Assembly: GCA_022813965.1 (NCBI GenBank)
Contig: JALDZS010000113.1
Coordinates: 1-64,000, forward strand
Source of the DNA: Toensbergia leucococca
Taxonomy: Eukaryota
DNA: 64,000 nucleotides
Direction of reading: 5' to 3'
Shown in pieces: positions 49,289 through 61,627 of this stretch; position 1 is the first letter of the stretch; each line of letters opens with the position of its first letter. The notes below the pieces were generated by a model. The model was not told the origin of the DNA. It worked only from the letters and a program-made list of their open reading frames with translations, and made no database searches. The translations under genes and the position numbers were made by a program.

Positions 49289-50464
49289 ATGGCCTTTCCA
49301 TTTCTCCGTCTTCCTGGCAACGTCCGGAACATCGTGTATAAATATCTCTTCCTCAGCACCCACCAAGACCATGCCATCAAACCAGATCCCCTGCGTATAC
49401 TACGTCGTTCAAACATCACGAATATATGCTACCTAAGATGGTCTTGCCGTTGGCATCTCAATCTCCACGCCAGTGTAATCCGAGCGAGCGACCGGATATC
49501 ATTTCTCCGAGTCTCGAAGCAGATATATGATGAGGCCGGTGCGATTTTCTATGGTGAAAACCAATTTCTATTCGAGGACAGATCTTACTCGTACGGACCA
49601 TGCGACGAAAATGTCCAGGAGAACGACTTTACAACGATGTACCTATGGCTGCTGATGATCGGGACCAAAAATCGTGCTACCATCCGTCACATTCGGTTGA
49701 ACTTCTCCACGGCTTTATTTTGCTATTATCCCGAGGAAGTGCTTGAGCTTTATCCCGAAGGAATAGAAGGCCAAAGTTACGACGACCCGATGATAGCACC
49801 GTCGAATTCTGGTGCTAAGTATCTCGCCGACGCTCTCGAGCTATTGTCTCATGAGCATAATTTGCGTGAAGTTATGCTCTCGTTTCATGAGCTGATCCAG
49901 GACCAGGAAAGGACTCTATGGGGAGGGCACAACCCTTTATTTGACCTCTTTCGTGGTCCAGTAGAGGAGATTAAGTTACTTCAAGCATTCAGAAAGATCA
50001 AAGGAGTCAAGCGGTTGAACATTCTGCTCGACCCCTTTGTGAATGAACAGTGCGATGAGTTCACTCAGAAGGCGCAGGATGCCCGCGAAATATTCTGGAA
50101 ATTGTGTGATGAGATGGAAGAAGATGCAGAAGGCAAAGAAGTCTCAATTGTCGACTTCAAGAGAACGGCGTACGAGGAATCGGAAATCAGAAAAGAATTA
50201 AGGAAATGGATGGTTCGCCAGCAGGAGTGGCTGTTAGGAAAAATTGGGAGGATACAAATGATTGACGACTTCGACAGAAGCGATGAAGACGACGACAGAT
50301 ACCGGATTTGTAGGGTCCATCTGAGTGAAGTCGAGGACTATATTCCACTCTTTGACGGCGGGTGCGAATTTAATCTGGCGGAATCGCGTGAAATACTATC
50401 TAGGATTCGTCCAGAACTGCATTTAGAAGCGGACGAGGAATCGGGACCTACTGGCATGCCGTAG
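49289..50464 (+). CDS. Hypothetical protein with an N-terminal F-box-like motif
   Basis: 391-aa ORF; FPFLRLPGNVRNIVYKYLF..FLRVSKQIYDEAGAIFYGENQFLF..WLLMIGTKNRATIRHI. Confidence 0.8.
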   Translation: MAFPFLRLPGNVRNIVYKYLFLSTHQDHAIKPDPLRILRRSNITNICYLRWSCRWHLNLHASVIRASDRISFLRVSKQIYDEAGAIFYGENQFLFEDRSYSYGPCDENVQENDFTTMYLWLLMIGTKNRATIRHIRLNFSTALFCYYPEEVLELYPEGIEGQSYDDPMIAPSNSGAKYLADALELLSHEHNLREVMLSFHELIQDQERTLWGGHNPLFDLFRGPVEEIKLLQAFRKIKGVKRLNILLDPFVNEQCDEFTQKAQDAREIFWKLCDEMEEDAEGKEVSIVDFKRTAYEESEIRKELRKWMVRQQEWLLGKIGRIQMIDDFDRSDEDDDRYRICRVHLSEVEDYIPLFDGGCEFNLAESREILSRIRPELHLEADEESGPTGMP

Positions 50465-51641
50465 AATTGAAGGAGTGGATACAATGGCGTAATTTCCGGA
50501 TACTTCAAGTTTCATGCCACGCAAGGGAGACGACGACTAAGTCCAGTATGCAAGGATGAATGGATGTCGCAGAATCAGTCTGGTAAGGATAGGGCAATCG
50601 GTACTCTGGTAGAGTCTGATGATTCAAGACTTGAATAGGTCTGCGTACGTGTTCATTGGCGCAAAGCGGGTCTTTAACCAAGAGCAGTGGAGAGGAGGAA
50701 TACGAGTTCAACGTCAAGGATTAAAAGCAGCAATTCTTTAATTTCGGCGGCATTGACATGTTGATTGGCTTTTTCTAATAATAACTGGGAAATTATTGGC
50801 GGAGAAAGCCTTTGCCGTATAATTTTCAAGCTTGTCTCTTTGAGCACCTGATATGCTAATTGAGCTGATGGACCAAGAGAATCTTGATGACCACCTGGAC
50901 CCTGTCTCGCTGTGTACGGATATTCTGTTACAATTTCCTGCAGGATCTCCAAAAATGACACCTGACCAAGGGACTTGTTGATATGAAACCCTCCCTGTAA
51001 ACATTGTGATATGTCCCGCTCCTTGAAATCAAAGCTAAGTATACAGCGATGCTACTCATATCCGTGAGTTGTAAATTGTAAAGTACCTGAATGAGGAGAG
51101 AGGTAACATGATCACCACTGCTGCGTCATGCGACCATTTACCAAGAGCAGCAAAGCCAATGACACGACAGTAACAAGGATTATTCAAGCTTAGGATTTCA
51201 GACTTGTATTTTGTACAGTTGCCGCTCTTATCAACAAGGCCTTGGCCCCTTGATTAGGAAAGGGAGCACCGTTACGGCGACGGAAATTGAAGCCAATAAC
51301 GCCAATCATGAGGCTGCCACTAATGGTGCTAATGTCAGGTACGACCGTGTTCCTGGCCTAAGACCTTTTAGCGGCAGGAGACTGGGAGACAGGGGAAATG
51401 ACTTGTTCGCTTAATTCAGGAGATGTCAACATTCCGCGCATAAGAATCTTTCTTTCCTCTTGCTTTCCTTTCCTCACCACTCCACATTTCATCATCCATC
51501 AACACCGGTTTATCAACCGATTTCACTCGTTTAGTACAAACACAGCTTCTTTCTCGCCATCAATCAAACATCACTCTTTTCGACACCACCAACTCCATTC
51601 ATTCATTTAGAATACTACATTTACTTCAATACCCCATCAAA

Positions 51642-52289
51642 ATGCGTTTCTCAATCGCTGCTACTGTCGCCCTCGTGGCTGGTGCCTCTGCTTGGTCCAA
51701 TACCACTGTCTACACCACTGAGGTTGTCACTGCATACACCACCTACTGCCCATCGGCCACTGCAATTACCCACGGAACTAATACTTACGTCGTCACTGAG
51801 GTGAGCTTGATGAAATCCATTTTCGCGTCGTAAATCAACACGCGTGACAAGTCTTCACCATAACACAGCAACTCAAATACTTACAGAACCTTTGCTAATA
51901 CGACTCTTCACAGGCTACCACCTTGACAATCACCGATTGCCCTTGCACCGTGACCAAGCCATACAGTGTCTCTTCCGTCACGTACTGCCCCACCTGGTAC
52001 CCTCCCTGCAGTCGCAGGCTCTCCTTGTACATTTAGCTAACAAATCTCAAGTCCCGCAAGCTCTGCTACCCCAACCACCACCTACAGCGTTGGTCCTGTA
52101 TCGTCCCCCGTTGTCAGCCCCATCTACGCAAACAGCACTGTTGCCACCTCCGGTGTTGCATCTGCCAGCGTTGCGCCAACATCATCAACCCCCGCAGCTG
52201 CCACCTTCACTGGTGCCGCCAATCAAGTGTTCGCTGCCTCTGGTGCCAGTCTTGCTGGCCTGCTCGGCCTTGCTGCTTACATATTGTAA
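51642..52289 (+). CDS. GPI-anchored cell-wall protein (Ccg-6/Sed1/Ccw12-like), 3 exons
   Basis: Signal peptide MRFSIAATVALVAGASA; VYTTEVVTAYTTYCP..ATTLTITDCPCTVTKP; Ser/Thr-rich stalk; GPI signal FTGAANQVFAASGASLAGLLGLAAYIL*. Confidence 0.92.
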
Positions 52290-53802
52290 GAGGCTTGATC
52301 GCGTTGGACTTGGATATTCTCGATCTTTTGAAGAGAATCAGAGCGTCTGCATACCAGCTGGCGTTTCTGTTAGACTTGGAAAGAAGGTCTAGGATATGAC
52401 AGGTGTACATGGTGTCTTTAGCTTTATTATTGCGACATGTCGCTGTAGAGGGATATGTCGTATCCAGTTGCTCTAATTCTCTGATACCACTTTCTTACGT
52501 GTATGATGGCTAGGGGAGGCTTCGATCGGTGGTGTGGGAGGTGGAATCTTCTTTATCGGTCGCGATTTACAGCACTAATACTAGAAGCTGTATGATCAAA
52601 ACTTTGCTCGATAAGAAGATCCATCATTTTCTGACACTATCGCCAATTAATAATTCGTGTGATCCAGTGTTTCCCATATTTGTATCAGCGATGCCGTGTT
52701 ATCCTCGGTCCATGAAGGCTCTTAGAATACCCAGTGTCGGAGCCTCAGGTTAACGAGTTTTCCCTGAAAATACCCATATGCCCAACATATTCATTCCCAT
52801 GGTTCTACCTGAGCAACTTGGATACAAGACTCTACTTCATACGCTTGCATAGTACAATTCAATCCATCTCCCATTGGTGCTTTGTGTATGTATTTTGGAG
52901 AAAGACGGCAGGCCCTGAAAAGCACTAGAAATATTGGGTATATGGTATGACTACTATTTAAAGGTGTGGATAGCTCCCTGAGAAGGAGAAAAGCCCAAAG
53001 CTAAAGACTGAATACTGAAGAAGGAACAAGGAAGAAGGAATCAAAAGAAGACTATTACAGGGTTAGTGAGTGATTTGTGGGATTGTTTGTTAAATGTCTT
53101 GATTCAAGGTGAAAAGGTGACGTTGCTGTGGCTTTGAGTCTCACTGTTGCTGATTGTGAGACGGGCCGTAAGGACGTCTACTTTGGATGGGGAAAGGCTA
53201 CTCTGGGTCCCTCAGGTCTCGGGCTGGTTTGCGACTGAAGCTGAGTTCGATGAAAGAGATAATTCCAATCCTAATGTAGCAGGAGGAGCAGGAAGTCGAA
53301 GCTACGAGTATAATGTTGACCTAATGATGAGAGGCGGAGAATTAATAGACTGGGGCGCAGTCCAACCAACTCCAAGACCGAGTCAAAATAGACGAGTCAA
53401 GCCATACAACAGTAACAACACCAGGCTGACCAGGCCTCCAATCTATTCCAGTACCTACTCTATCAACCGTATTTGGCTCACCACAACATGTCCCTGCTCG
53501 TGTGAATAGATAATATCAGATGCTGCGCGTGAATGAAGAATACCATCTTATAAAGTGGTCCAAACTCCCCATGAGACCGGCACTTTGCATCCATCTCCTT
53601 TGTCTTTGTTCTCAAGCATCTCTCTCTCTTGCTTGGTTTCATATTCAGACTCTACATACATAAAAAGAACTTATCATTTTCCCCCCAAAGTCTCCTTCAC
53701 CACTCACCATACCAGCCCTCGCAAACCAATCAAAACACCCCCATAAATCTACCAAATCAACTTCACAGGAAATATCTACCCACCCATCCATTCAAATTAA
53801 AT

Positions 53803-54867
53803 ATGCATATCACCATCCTAACCCCCCTTCTCTTCCTCCCCTTCATTCTTGCAGCCCCAACTCCTATCCCAGAAGATCAAATCGCCCTCCTTGCAGGTGG
53901 CGATGCTCCAAACGGGCCACCCCCAGCCAATATTTCCTCCTCCGCCATCAAAGGTTTCACAGGCGCCAACTTTCTCGAAAACATGGAAGAAGCCTTTTTC
54001 AAGCAAGGCCTGCAGAACCTCTCCGCCTGGGACATGCCCGAGCGAATAATCGAAATAGTCTCGAAAGTGCACGCTGTAAGTTCCTACTACTCCAATTCTC
54101 CCCCGTGACCTCTTTTTCGAAACCAAAAAAAAAAACCAGACCTAATCCCCCCGAAATCGCAGCAAGAACAAATCCACGTCCGCACTATCGAAAACCTTCT
54201 CACCCACGTCGGCGCCCCAACCCTCAAACCCTGCCAATACCTCTTCCCCGTCACAACACCCGCCCAATTCCTCTCCCTCGCAAACATAATCACCACCGCC
54301 GGCCTGGGCGCCGTCATCAACCTAGCCTCCTCCCTCGCAACCACAGACCCGACCCTCGTCCCGGGACCCGCCTCCATCCTCGCCATCGAAGCCCGCCACG
54401 ACGCCTTCTTCCGCACCGCCGCCCTCGCCTTCGTCCCAAACCCCACCCCCTTCGACACCCGCCTCCCCGCTGTTTGGGTCCTGAATCTAGCCAACGCCTT
54501 CGTGGTCCCAGGCAGCTGCCCACAGACAGCTCCAATCTTCCCCTCCATCCCGCCCTTGTCCCTCTGTCCCGACACCGCAAGCATCACCGGCACCAACGTC
54601 CCCATCACCTTCACCTTCGACGCTGGCATTTTGTCCAAGAACGGTTCTACGGCTCAGACGCCGCTGTTCATCGCTTGGGTCAACCAGGACAATCTGCCCG
54701 TGTATACTCCCGCTACGTATCAAGGCGCGGGAGATGTCCAGACGATCATTCCGCCGGGCTTGGCGGGGATGGCGTTTGCGGCGCTGACGGCTGAGGATGG
54801 GGTGGTGGATTTGGATGCCTTGGCTGCGGTGACGCTTGCGGGGCCGGCGCCGGTGCAGATTTCTTAG
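53803..54867 (+). CDS. Secreted ferritin-like domain protein (Rds1/LsdA-like); intron 54076-54162
   Basis: Signal peptide; ANFLENMEEAFF, AQEQIH, PCQYLFP, SILAIEARHDAFFR, PNPTPFDT, FVVPGSCP, ending LAGPA. Confidence 0.85.
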
Positions 54868-56249
54868 GTTCGGAGGGTTTGGGGTTGATTCAGGCGGGTT
54901 GGTTGTGGTTTTTTTAATGATGATGAGGTGTGACTTTTCTGCATGGTTATTGGCGTCTTCTTCTTTTCTTTCCGTCATTTTTCTTTTCTTTTTTTTTGTA
55001 TATTGTTGAAGGTTTCTTTTTGTTTTGGGATTTTGGTTTTTGGGGGGTTGGCTGTTGTACCCACTCTTTCACCCCCCCCTTCTTTCGCTTTTCCCCCACC
55101 CCTTGTCTCTCTTGTAGTCTCTCTCTCTCTTTCTCTTTCCATCAGTACGCATATGCGCCCTACATTCTATCAGGCATATCCTCCCTATCCCCAGTGTCCA
55201 AGCTCCATCCAACAAACCCCCCAAAAAACAGAAAATCACACTCATCAGAATTCTCCCTTGAATAATTAAATAATCAACCATCACAAACGCCCCCCTCCAC
55301 ATCTCACTCTCTCTTATATTCCCCCTCATCCCCACCCTCCCTAATCAATCAACCCCTCCCCCCCCCCCGAGATCTTTCTCAACACTTCACTTCACCTCAT
55401 GCATCCAATATTGGCTACCAAAGTAATCCCCCCCCCCCCGGCTTTTTATTTCTTCAGCCTTCCTGATCTTTCTCCTTCTCATTCTCATTGCACAACCTCC
55501 TTTCCTATCCACACCCCTCCCATCCTCACCAGCCCCCCTCTTCCAAAAAAAAAAAAAGCTCAAAACCCCCTTAACCCCCCTATCATAAAAGCACACAGAC
55601 TTTCTTCTTTTCTTTTCCTTCTTCTTCTCTCATCATCATCTCCCTTCCTTCCTCATCATCAATCTCCCTCCTTCTCACCATCCCTCTCTCCTCCAACTAT
55701 AAAATTCCTCACACACCCTCTCACCCACACCTCACCCCTCACACCCCTCACCACCTCTCACCTTCTTTCCCAAAAAAAGAAAAAAAAGAAAAAAAAATCA
55801 CCCCTTTCAATCTTAAAAAAAAAATTGTGGAAACTCCCCAACCCCCCCCCTCCCCCATCCCCCTCAAAGCAAAAAAGTTAAAAAAGTTATAAAAGCAAAG
55901 ACAGAAAGCAAAAAAAGCAAAAAAAGGCTCACAGAAGTCACGTCCGCACCCTCTCGCCTTCACAATTCTGCCCCTTCCCAATGTCAGAGACAGTGATAGA
56001 GAAGTATAAGAAAAGGGTGAAAGCCCCCGGGGGGAAAGAGAGGAGAGAGATAGCACAGATGAAATCAGTCGAGGCTGCCCGAATTTTTTCTTTGCTCCCC
56101 GTGGGGAGGAAATAGTTACCGAGTTGTTTGGTTTTTGCAAGAGTGAGTTGAGTGAGAGTGCTCTCGGGGGTAAGCAGCTGGGGGAGTTGGGATTTCCGTT
56201 TTCCAAAGTGTGCCTAGTGCGTGGATCAAAGCAGGGGCGGTTGATCAGA

Positions 56250-56297
56250 ATAGAAATTGGAATTGAATTTGAATTTGAATTTGAATTAGAATTAGAA
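56250..56297. repeat. Imperfect hexamer repeat (GAATTT/GAATTA)n
   Basis: gaattgaatttgaatttgaatttgaattagaattag, read directly. Confidence 0.8.
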
Positions 56298-56668
56298 AAC
56301 AAAGCCTTCCACCCCCCCCTCTTAGAAATAAAAAAAAGAGGCACGTTTCTCTATCAAATAGTTATCGACGCCCTTCTTCTTCTTTTTCTTGCTTCGGCTT
56401 CTAGTCCATAGAGAACAAGGTTCATGGGACAACAGTGAGAAACCCTCTGCGCTGGAGTTTTCAAAAAAAAACCTCTCATGATGCAACAAATTTCCCTTTG
56501 GGTGGGTGGGTATCATCGCTTGCTAGTAACCTGCGTACAAAACTGACGGTGGCAAAGGGGGGAGAAAGAGGGAAATCCATCCTAGGTATGATTAAACAAA
56601 CGGATCTCATTTCAGGCATTCACAGCATTCAACATCGTCTCAAACAGCGCCACCAGAGCATGCATGAA

Positions 56669-57640
56669 TCAAGTCCATCTCCTCCTCGCCCTATTGGGCA
56701 AAACCCTAGGCTCCTTCTCCTCAACGGCGACCTCGCTTTCAACCTTCTCGTTCTCCCCACGAGGTAGTTCGATTCGATATCTCCTCACGCTACCGGAATC
56801 GCTGTTGCGGTCTTCATCGTAAAAGCCCATGCGACTACCTTTTCGGCAACATCGGGGCGTGAAGCGGCGCCATAATCCTCGGAGGCCGCGGAAAGAATTG
56901 TCAATCTTTTGGTACTCGAGACGGCGGGTGGATGGAAGGGTCCAGTCGATGGTTGTGGAGGGCACGTGGTTTGAGTAGGAATGCTCTCGAGAGGGCGATT
57001 TATTGTAACAGGTGTTGGTTGATCCAATCGAGTTGTATGTGGGTGATATGGATGACTGGCTAGATGTCCTTGTGGGATACTGGGAAGTTTGGGATCGCGG
57101 GTCATGGTTGGAAATTGCGTCCTCGTGTGATTGAAAAAGGCTTTTGCAACGGTAATGAAATAAAAAGGGATCCTCCAATGAGGGTCTGGCATATGTAACG
57201 CCGCTGCTTGGTCTCGAATCGGATAATTTTCTGGTATATGCCACATTGGGTCCAGCAATGGTGAAGGAAGATCGCCTGGAAGAAGCCCTTGAGCTTTTTT
57301 GAAGATTCGACGAATCACGAGTCTTTGAACTACGTCGACTGGCATTTTTGTCAGATGTTATAGGTAAGGAGAGCGTCCTTGCACCAGAAGGGCTTGATTT
57401 ACCCCCGGGACGACGTGGAGAAGCAGTAGGTGTAGTTTGGTTTGTATTCATCTTTGTTGAGTGGAACTTTGTCCTCGTACTGGATGTTGGTCTCTCTGCA
57501 GATGGAGCTAGCACGTCCTCCGCTTGTGTCTCATTGGGTGTTTTTGATAGAGCTGTCGTTGCAGTCGAATCATCTGCAAAGCCACTATCTGCGCGACGAA
57601 ATACTTCAGGCCAGGGTGATCCTGTCTCGGAATAAGCCAT
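56669..57640 (-). CDS. Ser-rich fungal hypothetical protein
   Basis: 323-aa ORF from an ATG; low-complexity body with a structured C-terminal block TTIDWTLPSTRRLEYQKID..RGLWRR..FYDED..SDSGSVRRYR. Confidence 0.8.
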   Translation of the reverse strand: MAYSETGSPWPEVFRRADSGFADDSTATTALSKTPNETQAEDVLAPSAERPTSSTRTKFHSTKMNTNQTTPTASPRRPGGKSSPSGARTLSLPITSDKNASRRSSKTRDSSNLQKSSRASSRRSSFTIAGPNVAYTRKLSDSRPSSGVTYARPSLEDPFLFHYRCKSLFQSHEDAISNHDPRSQTSQYPTRTSSQSSISPTYNSIGSTNTCYNKSPSREHSYSNHVPSTTIDWTLPSTRRLEYQKIDNSFRGLRGLWRRFTPRCCRKGSRMGFYDEDRNSDSGSVRRYRIELPRGENEKVESEVAVEEKEPRVLPNRARRRWT

Positions 57641-58295
57641 GCTGATTGTTCTCGCCTTGAATGCTGTTAAAGAGCCTCGTCGGCGGACTGGAGGAGGAGG
57701 CTTAGCGAAGCGTCTCGAGTTCGGTGATCAAGGATTGATGTTCGTTTTTTTGGTAGCTTGTCAAATGGGATGTCTCTAGGATCCTTTCAGCATTCTATGA
57801 TCTGTTGGAGTAGGGTCATGGGCTTTAGCTGACCTCTAAAACGACATAGCTTGAACTCAAGGATGCTTTAATAATGTCTCGACTTCTGATTTGGGTTGCA
57901 AAATAATAGATGCGTAAAATTGAAGTTGTCTGCTCGTATTCGTAGTCAGGCAAGCTCACACGTTGTGTTACGAGCAATTGTCGTCCTGGTGTTTCCCGAA
58001 TTTACATGATGCGTGATGCATGACACTTCACGAGGCTTTGAGTTAGGCTGGAGGCTTGCAAGAGGCTCCAATGATGTTGGTGAAGTTCTTTTTATTGACA
58101 AGGGGTTCATGCAAGACTTAGGCAAACTAGAAACAGACGCCTTCACCGCTTTTGCAAGTGTCGAGTCTGTGTGGCGTTATGCAGTGGCAGACGTCAAGTG
58201 GGTACCTCGAATCAATAAAAAGTAATATGTTGGGCCCACCATCGGCAAGCATCGATATTTATTTATGGACAGAGTAGAGTGGATATGTGAAGGTC

Positions 58296-58329
58296 AAAAG
58301 TGAAAAGTGAAAAGTGAAAAGTGAAAAGT
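58296..58329. repeat. (AAAAGTG) x~5 heptamer tandem repeat
   Basis: Direct reading of four full units plus one partial unit. Confidence 0.9.
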
Positions 58330-59347
58330 CGTGACTCGACAGTTGATACTAGTGAGTCCTCGTAGACATTCACATGTTAGTAGCAAATATCCGTGAAACC
58401 TGCCGCCATGTCAGTCCACCCGTCAATCTGAATCGTGACTGGTTGCAAGCCCCGCCACAATAAGCGCCCCGAGATCATGTGTACTTGTGTACTCGTAGCC
58501 AAAGAGACAAAGAGACACAATCTAGGCTGCTATGAAGCCATGGCCAGAGCCATGGCCGTCACTTGATTCTGAAACAGTCTGGTGTGCTTGAACGAAATGT
58601 TGAAGGAATCATGCTGAGAGACTGAGAGTGGTGGGGTCAGATTAACTTTTCACGCTTTCGATAGAGTAAACGCCTCACGCCTGGCCGGGTGATCGCTTTG
58701 GGCTATCCATTTCCAGAATAGGAGACTGAAATCCCGGGTCAAAAGCCATGTCTTCGTCTGTTGGGGCAATTCAACTCATGCTTGACCATATTCAATATTC
58801 TACTGCAGTTCAAGAGCTTCATGATGATGCATGTCTCAATACGATAACGATAAGTCTATCTATTAATACATCTGCAAGATGTGTTACACAGTAGGAGGGT
58901 ACTTGGGTACCTGATAATGCATCGCACAACTAGAGCAATTTGGGTTCCTATGTTTGTTAGGGCTTCGTTAGGGCTTCAGATCTAGGGCCAGGTTCATTTC
59001 GCCTTCATTACCAAATTACGAGGTACTATATACTTACTCCTATCGCCCGTCTTTGTGTGTGCTGATTTGTATGACCAACTGGAATCCTGAATCATCTTGC
59101 GTCCCGCACATTACCCTGTCCTCCAATTCTGTCTTAGCACCCCACACACCCGCCCAACCAACACGAGGCCGTGGGGGTCGCGTCGTTTTTCTCGATGAAC
59201 CTCTCCATTCTCCGGCCAAGCTGCCTTATCTAATGCTTCGTACCTCCAAAATTCCACTATCCTCAATCACCTTATCCAACATTAATTGTGACAATGACAA
59301 CCTCTGTTTCCCCCGTACCCCGACTCCATTGGTGGCCGAGTCCCGTT

Positions 59348-61627
59348 TCACAATTTCGCCCTGGTCTCCGTTGCCTGATGGAGCCCCGCGCCCTTTTCTT
59401 GGAAATATTCCTTGATCTTTTCTCTTGCTACTTCTACTACGCTTGCATCCTCAACCGTAGCTGGAATTTGTACCTCCTTTTCAAAATCCCCGTGCACTGC
59501 ATTCTCCACTAGCTCCCGTAGTACTCGCCTCAATGTCTTACCGCTTCGTGTCTTTGGTATCATGCCTGTGCCCTGGATCATGCCACCGAGTGAGGCTATG
59601 CTGCCAATCTGCTCGCGAACCGAAATCTGGACCTCTTTGAAGAGAGCATCAGATGGTACAGCCGAGGGAGGATGGTCGCCTGTGGATAGGGTGGCAAAGG
59701 CAAATGGAAGATGTCCTTTGAGGGCGTCTGGAACTCCAACGACGCAGCATTCGGCAATGTCCGGGTGGGATGCTATGGCTTGCTCGATAGATCCTGTAAA
59801 ATGACATTAGCTGACACGTTGAGGAGCTGTAAGCCTTGACTGACCGGTACTAAATCTATGTGCTGCAACGTTGATAATATCATCCGATCTAGACATGACA
59901 TGGACATAACCATCTCCGTCAATCATGCCTGCATCGCCAGTATCAATCCATTTTCCGTCAAACCGTTTCATGTACCCTTTGTAAAACCTTTCTTCGTCCT
60001 CGAATAAAGTCGTCAGACCAGTCGGCGCAAGTGGTAATCCAAGTACAATGTTCCCCATTTCGCCGTTTGGAACCTCTTTTCCGTCATCTTTCACTATCCT
60101 GACATCAAATCCAGGCATGGGTTTGCCGGCCGAACCGGGTCTGATAACCAGAGGCTTGTGTACATCAGTACTACAGTAGTCCTTACCAGCGGCAGCCGTC
60201 AAGGCAATACCAGAGATAGGAGATCCAGACTCCGACGACCACCAATTATCAATGACTTGTGCATGGGGTGCACAGTATTTTTGCAATAGCTCTTGATACA
60301 TGCGTACAATACTCGGTTCGCTTCTTTCACCTGCAAGAAACAAGCCTTTGAGCTGTTTCAACCCACCCCTTTTCCCTGCCGCCTCAAAGAACTTGTTACT
60401 CGGATCGTCGCGCCTGATGGCTCGTAAAGCAGTCGGCGCCGTACTCAGTACAGTCACTTTGTGCTCTTCTAATATCCTCCAAAATGTGCCTGCGTTAGGT
60501 GTTCCAACAGGCTTGCCTTCGAAAAGGACAGTGGTGGCTCCTGCTAGAAGAGGGCCGTAGAGAATGTACGAATGGCCGACAACCCATCCAATATCAGACG
60601 CGCAGAACATTACATCTCCAGGACCATGGATGCCAAAGAGATATTTTATTGATAAATTGAGTCCGACTGCGTGCCCGCCAGCTTCGCGAAGGACACCTTT
60701 GGGCAAACCAGTTGTTCCTGCAGCACAATTTTCGAATTAGATCCAAGTAGAATATCATGACGAGTTTCTTGTTGTGTTGCGAGTACTAATCCCACGAGGG
60801 TACTTACCACTCGTGTAAATAATGTATAGTCCATCACTGCTTCTAATTGGGACAGGATCTGCTTTCAAGTTTCTACTCTTAGCGCTCTTCACCAACTTCT
60901 GCCAATTTCTCTCTCCGTTCTCCTTCACCACAGGGTCCCACATAAGTTGATCTCTTTGCCAAACAATGACTTTCTCCGGCTTAAAATTACTCTTCTGCAA
61001 AGCACCCAGAATGAAGGGTTTATAGTCCATGGGCCCTTTCGAACCCTCTATTCCACACGAAGCTGTCATTATCGCTCGCGGTTTCGAGGCTTCGATTCGT
61101 TGGGCCAATGATGCAGGTGCAAAGCCTCCAAAAACGACAGCGTGTATGGCACCAAGGCGAATGATGGCAAGAATGGCGAAGAGCGCTGCAGGTATCATGG
61201 GCACTTGGTTTTGTCAGCGCTGGCCTTGACCACAACTCCGTGAATCAATACTGTATATAAGAACGACATGGCCCTTTCTCACACCTTCCTCTCGCAGCAC
61301 TCCGGCAAGTGTTTCAACCTCACTGAGGAGCTGACTATATGTGTATTTTTCTTTGCTTCCCGTGACGGGCGAGTCCCAAATAATAGCAGTAGACTCGCCG
61401 TGACCATTTCTCACATGTCGATCAACACAGTTGTAGGACGTGGAAAGCTCTCCATCCGGGAACCATGTCCAATGTGGATGGCTCACGCCACTGTCAAGAT
61501 CCTTGGTAGTTCTTTTCAAGGCACGAGAGGGATTCTTATGCCAGTCTAATTGATCGGCTTGGTGTGCCCAGAATGACTCGGCATCATATAGGGAATGCGA
61601 TTGGACTTGATCCTGCATGTGAGGCAT
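59348..61627 (-). CDS. Propionyl-CoA synthetase (PrpE/ACSS3-type acyl-CoA ligase), 4 exons, C-terminal PTS1
   Basis: WFPDGELSTSYNCVDRHV, YIIYTSGTTGLPKG, CASDIGWVVGHSYILYGPL, DNWWSSESG, DTGDAG, RSDDIINVAAHRFSTG, PKTRSGKTLRR; ends RAKL*. Confidence 0.93.

Noticed and set aside
50505..51004. Three overlapping minus-strand ORFs as a frameshifted orphan gene
   Set aside because: The ATG context is good, but there is no recognisable domain or clean intron model.
58955..58980. Two TTAGGG hexamers as an interstitial telomere remnant
   Set aside because: An 11-bp tandem duplication (GTTAGGGCTTC), not a contiguous telomeric array.
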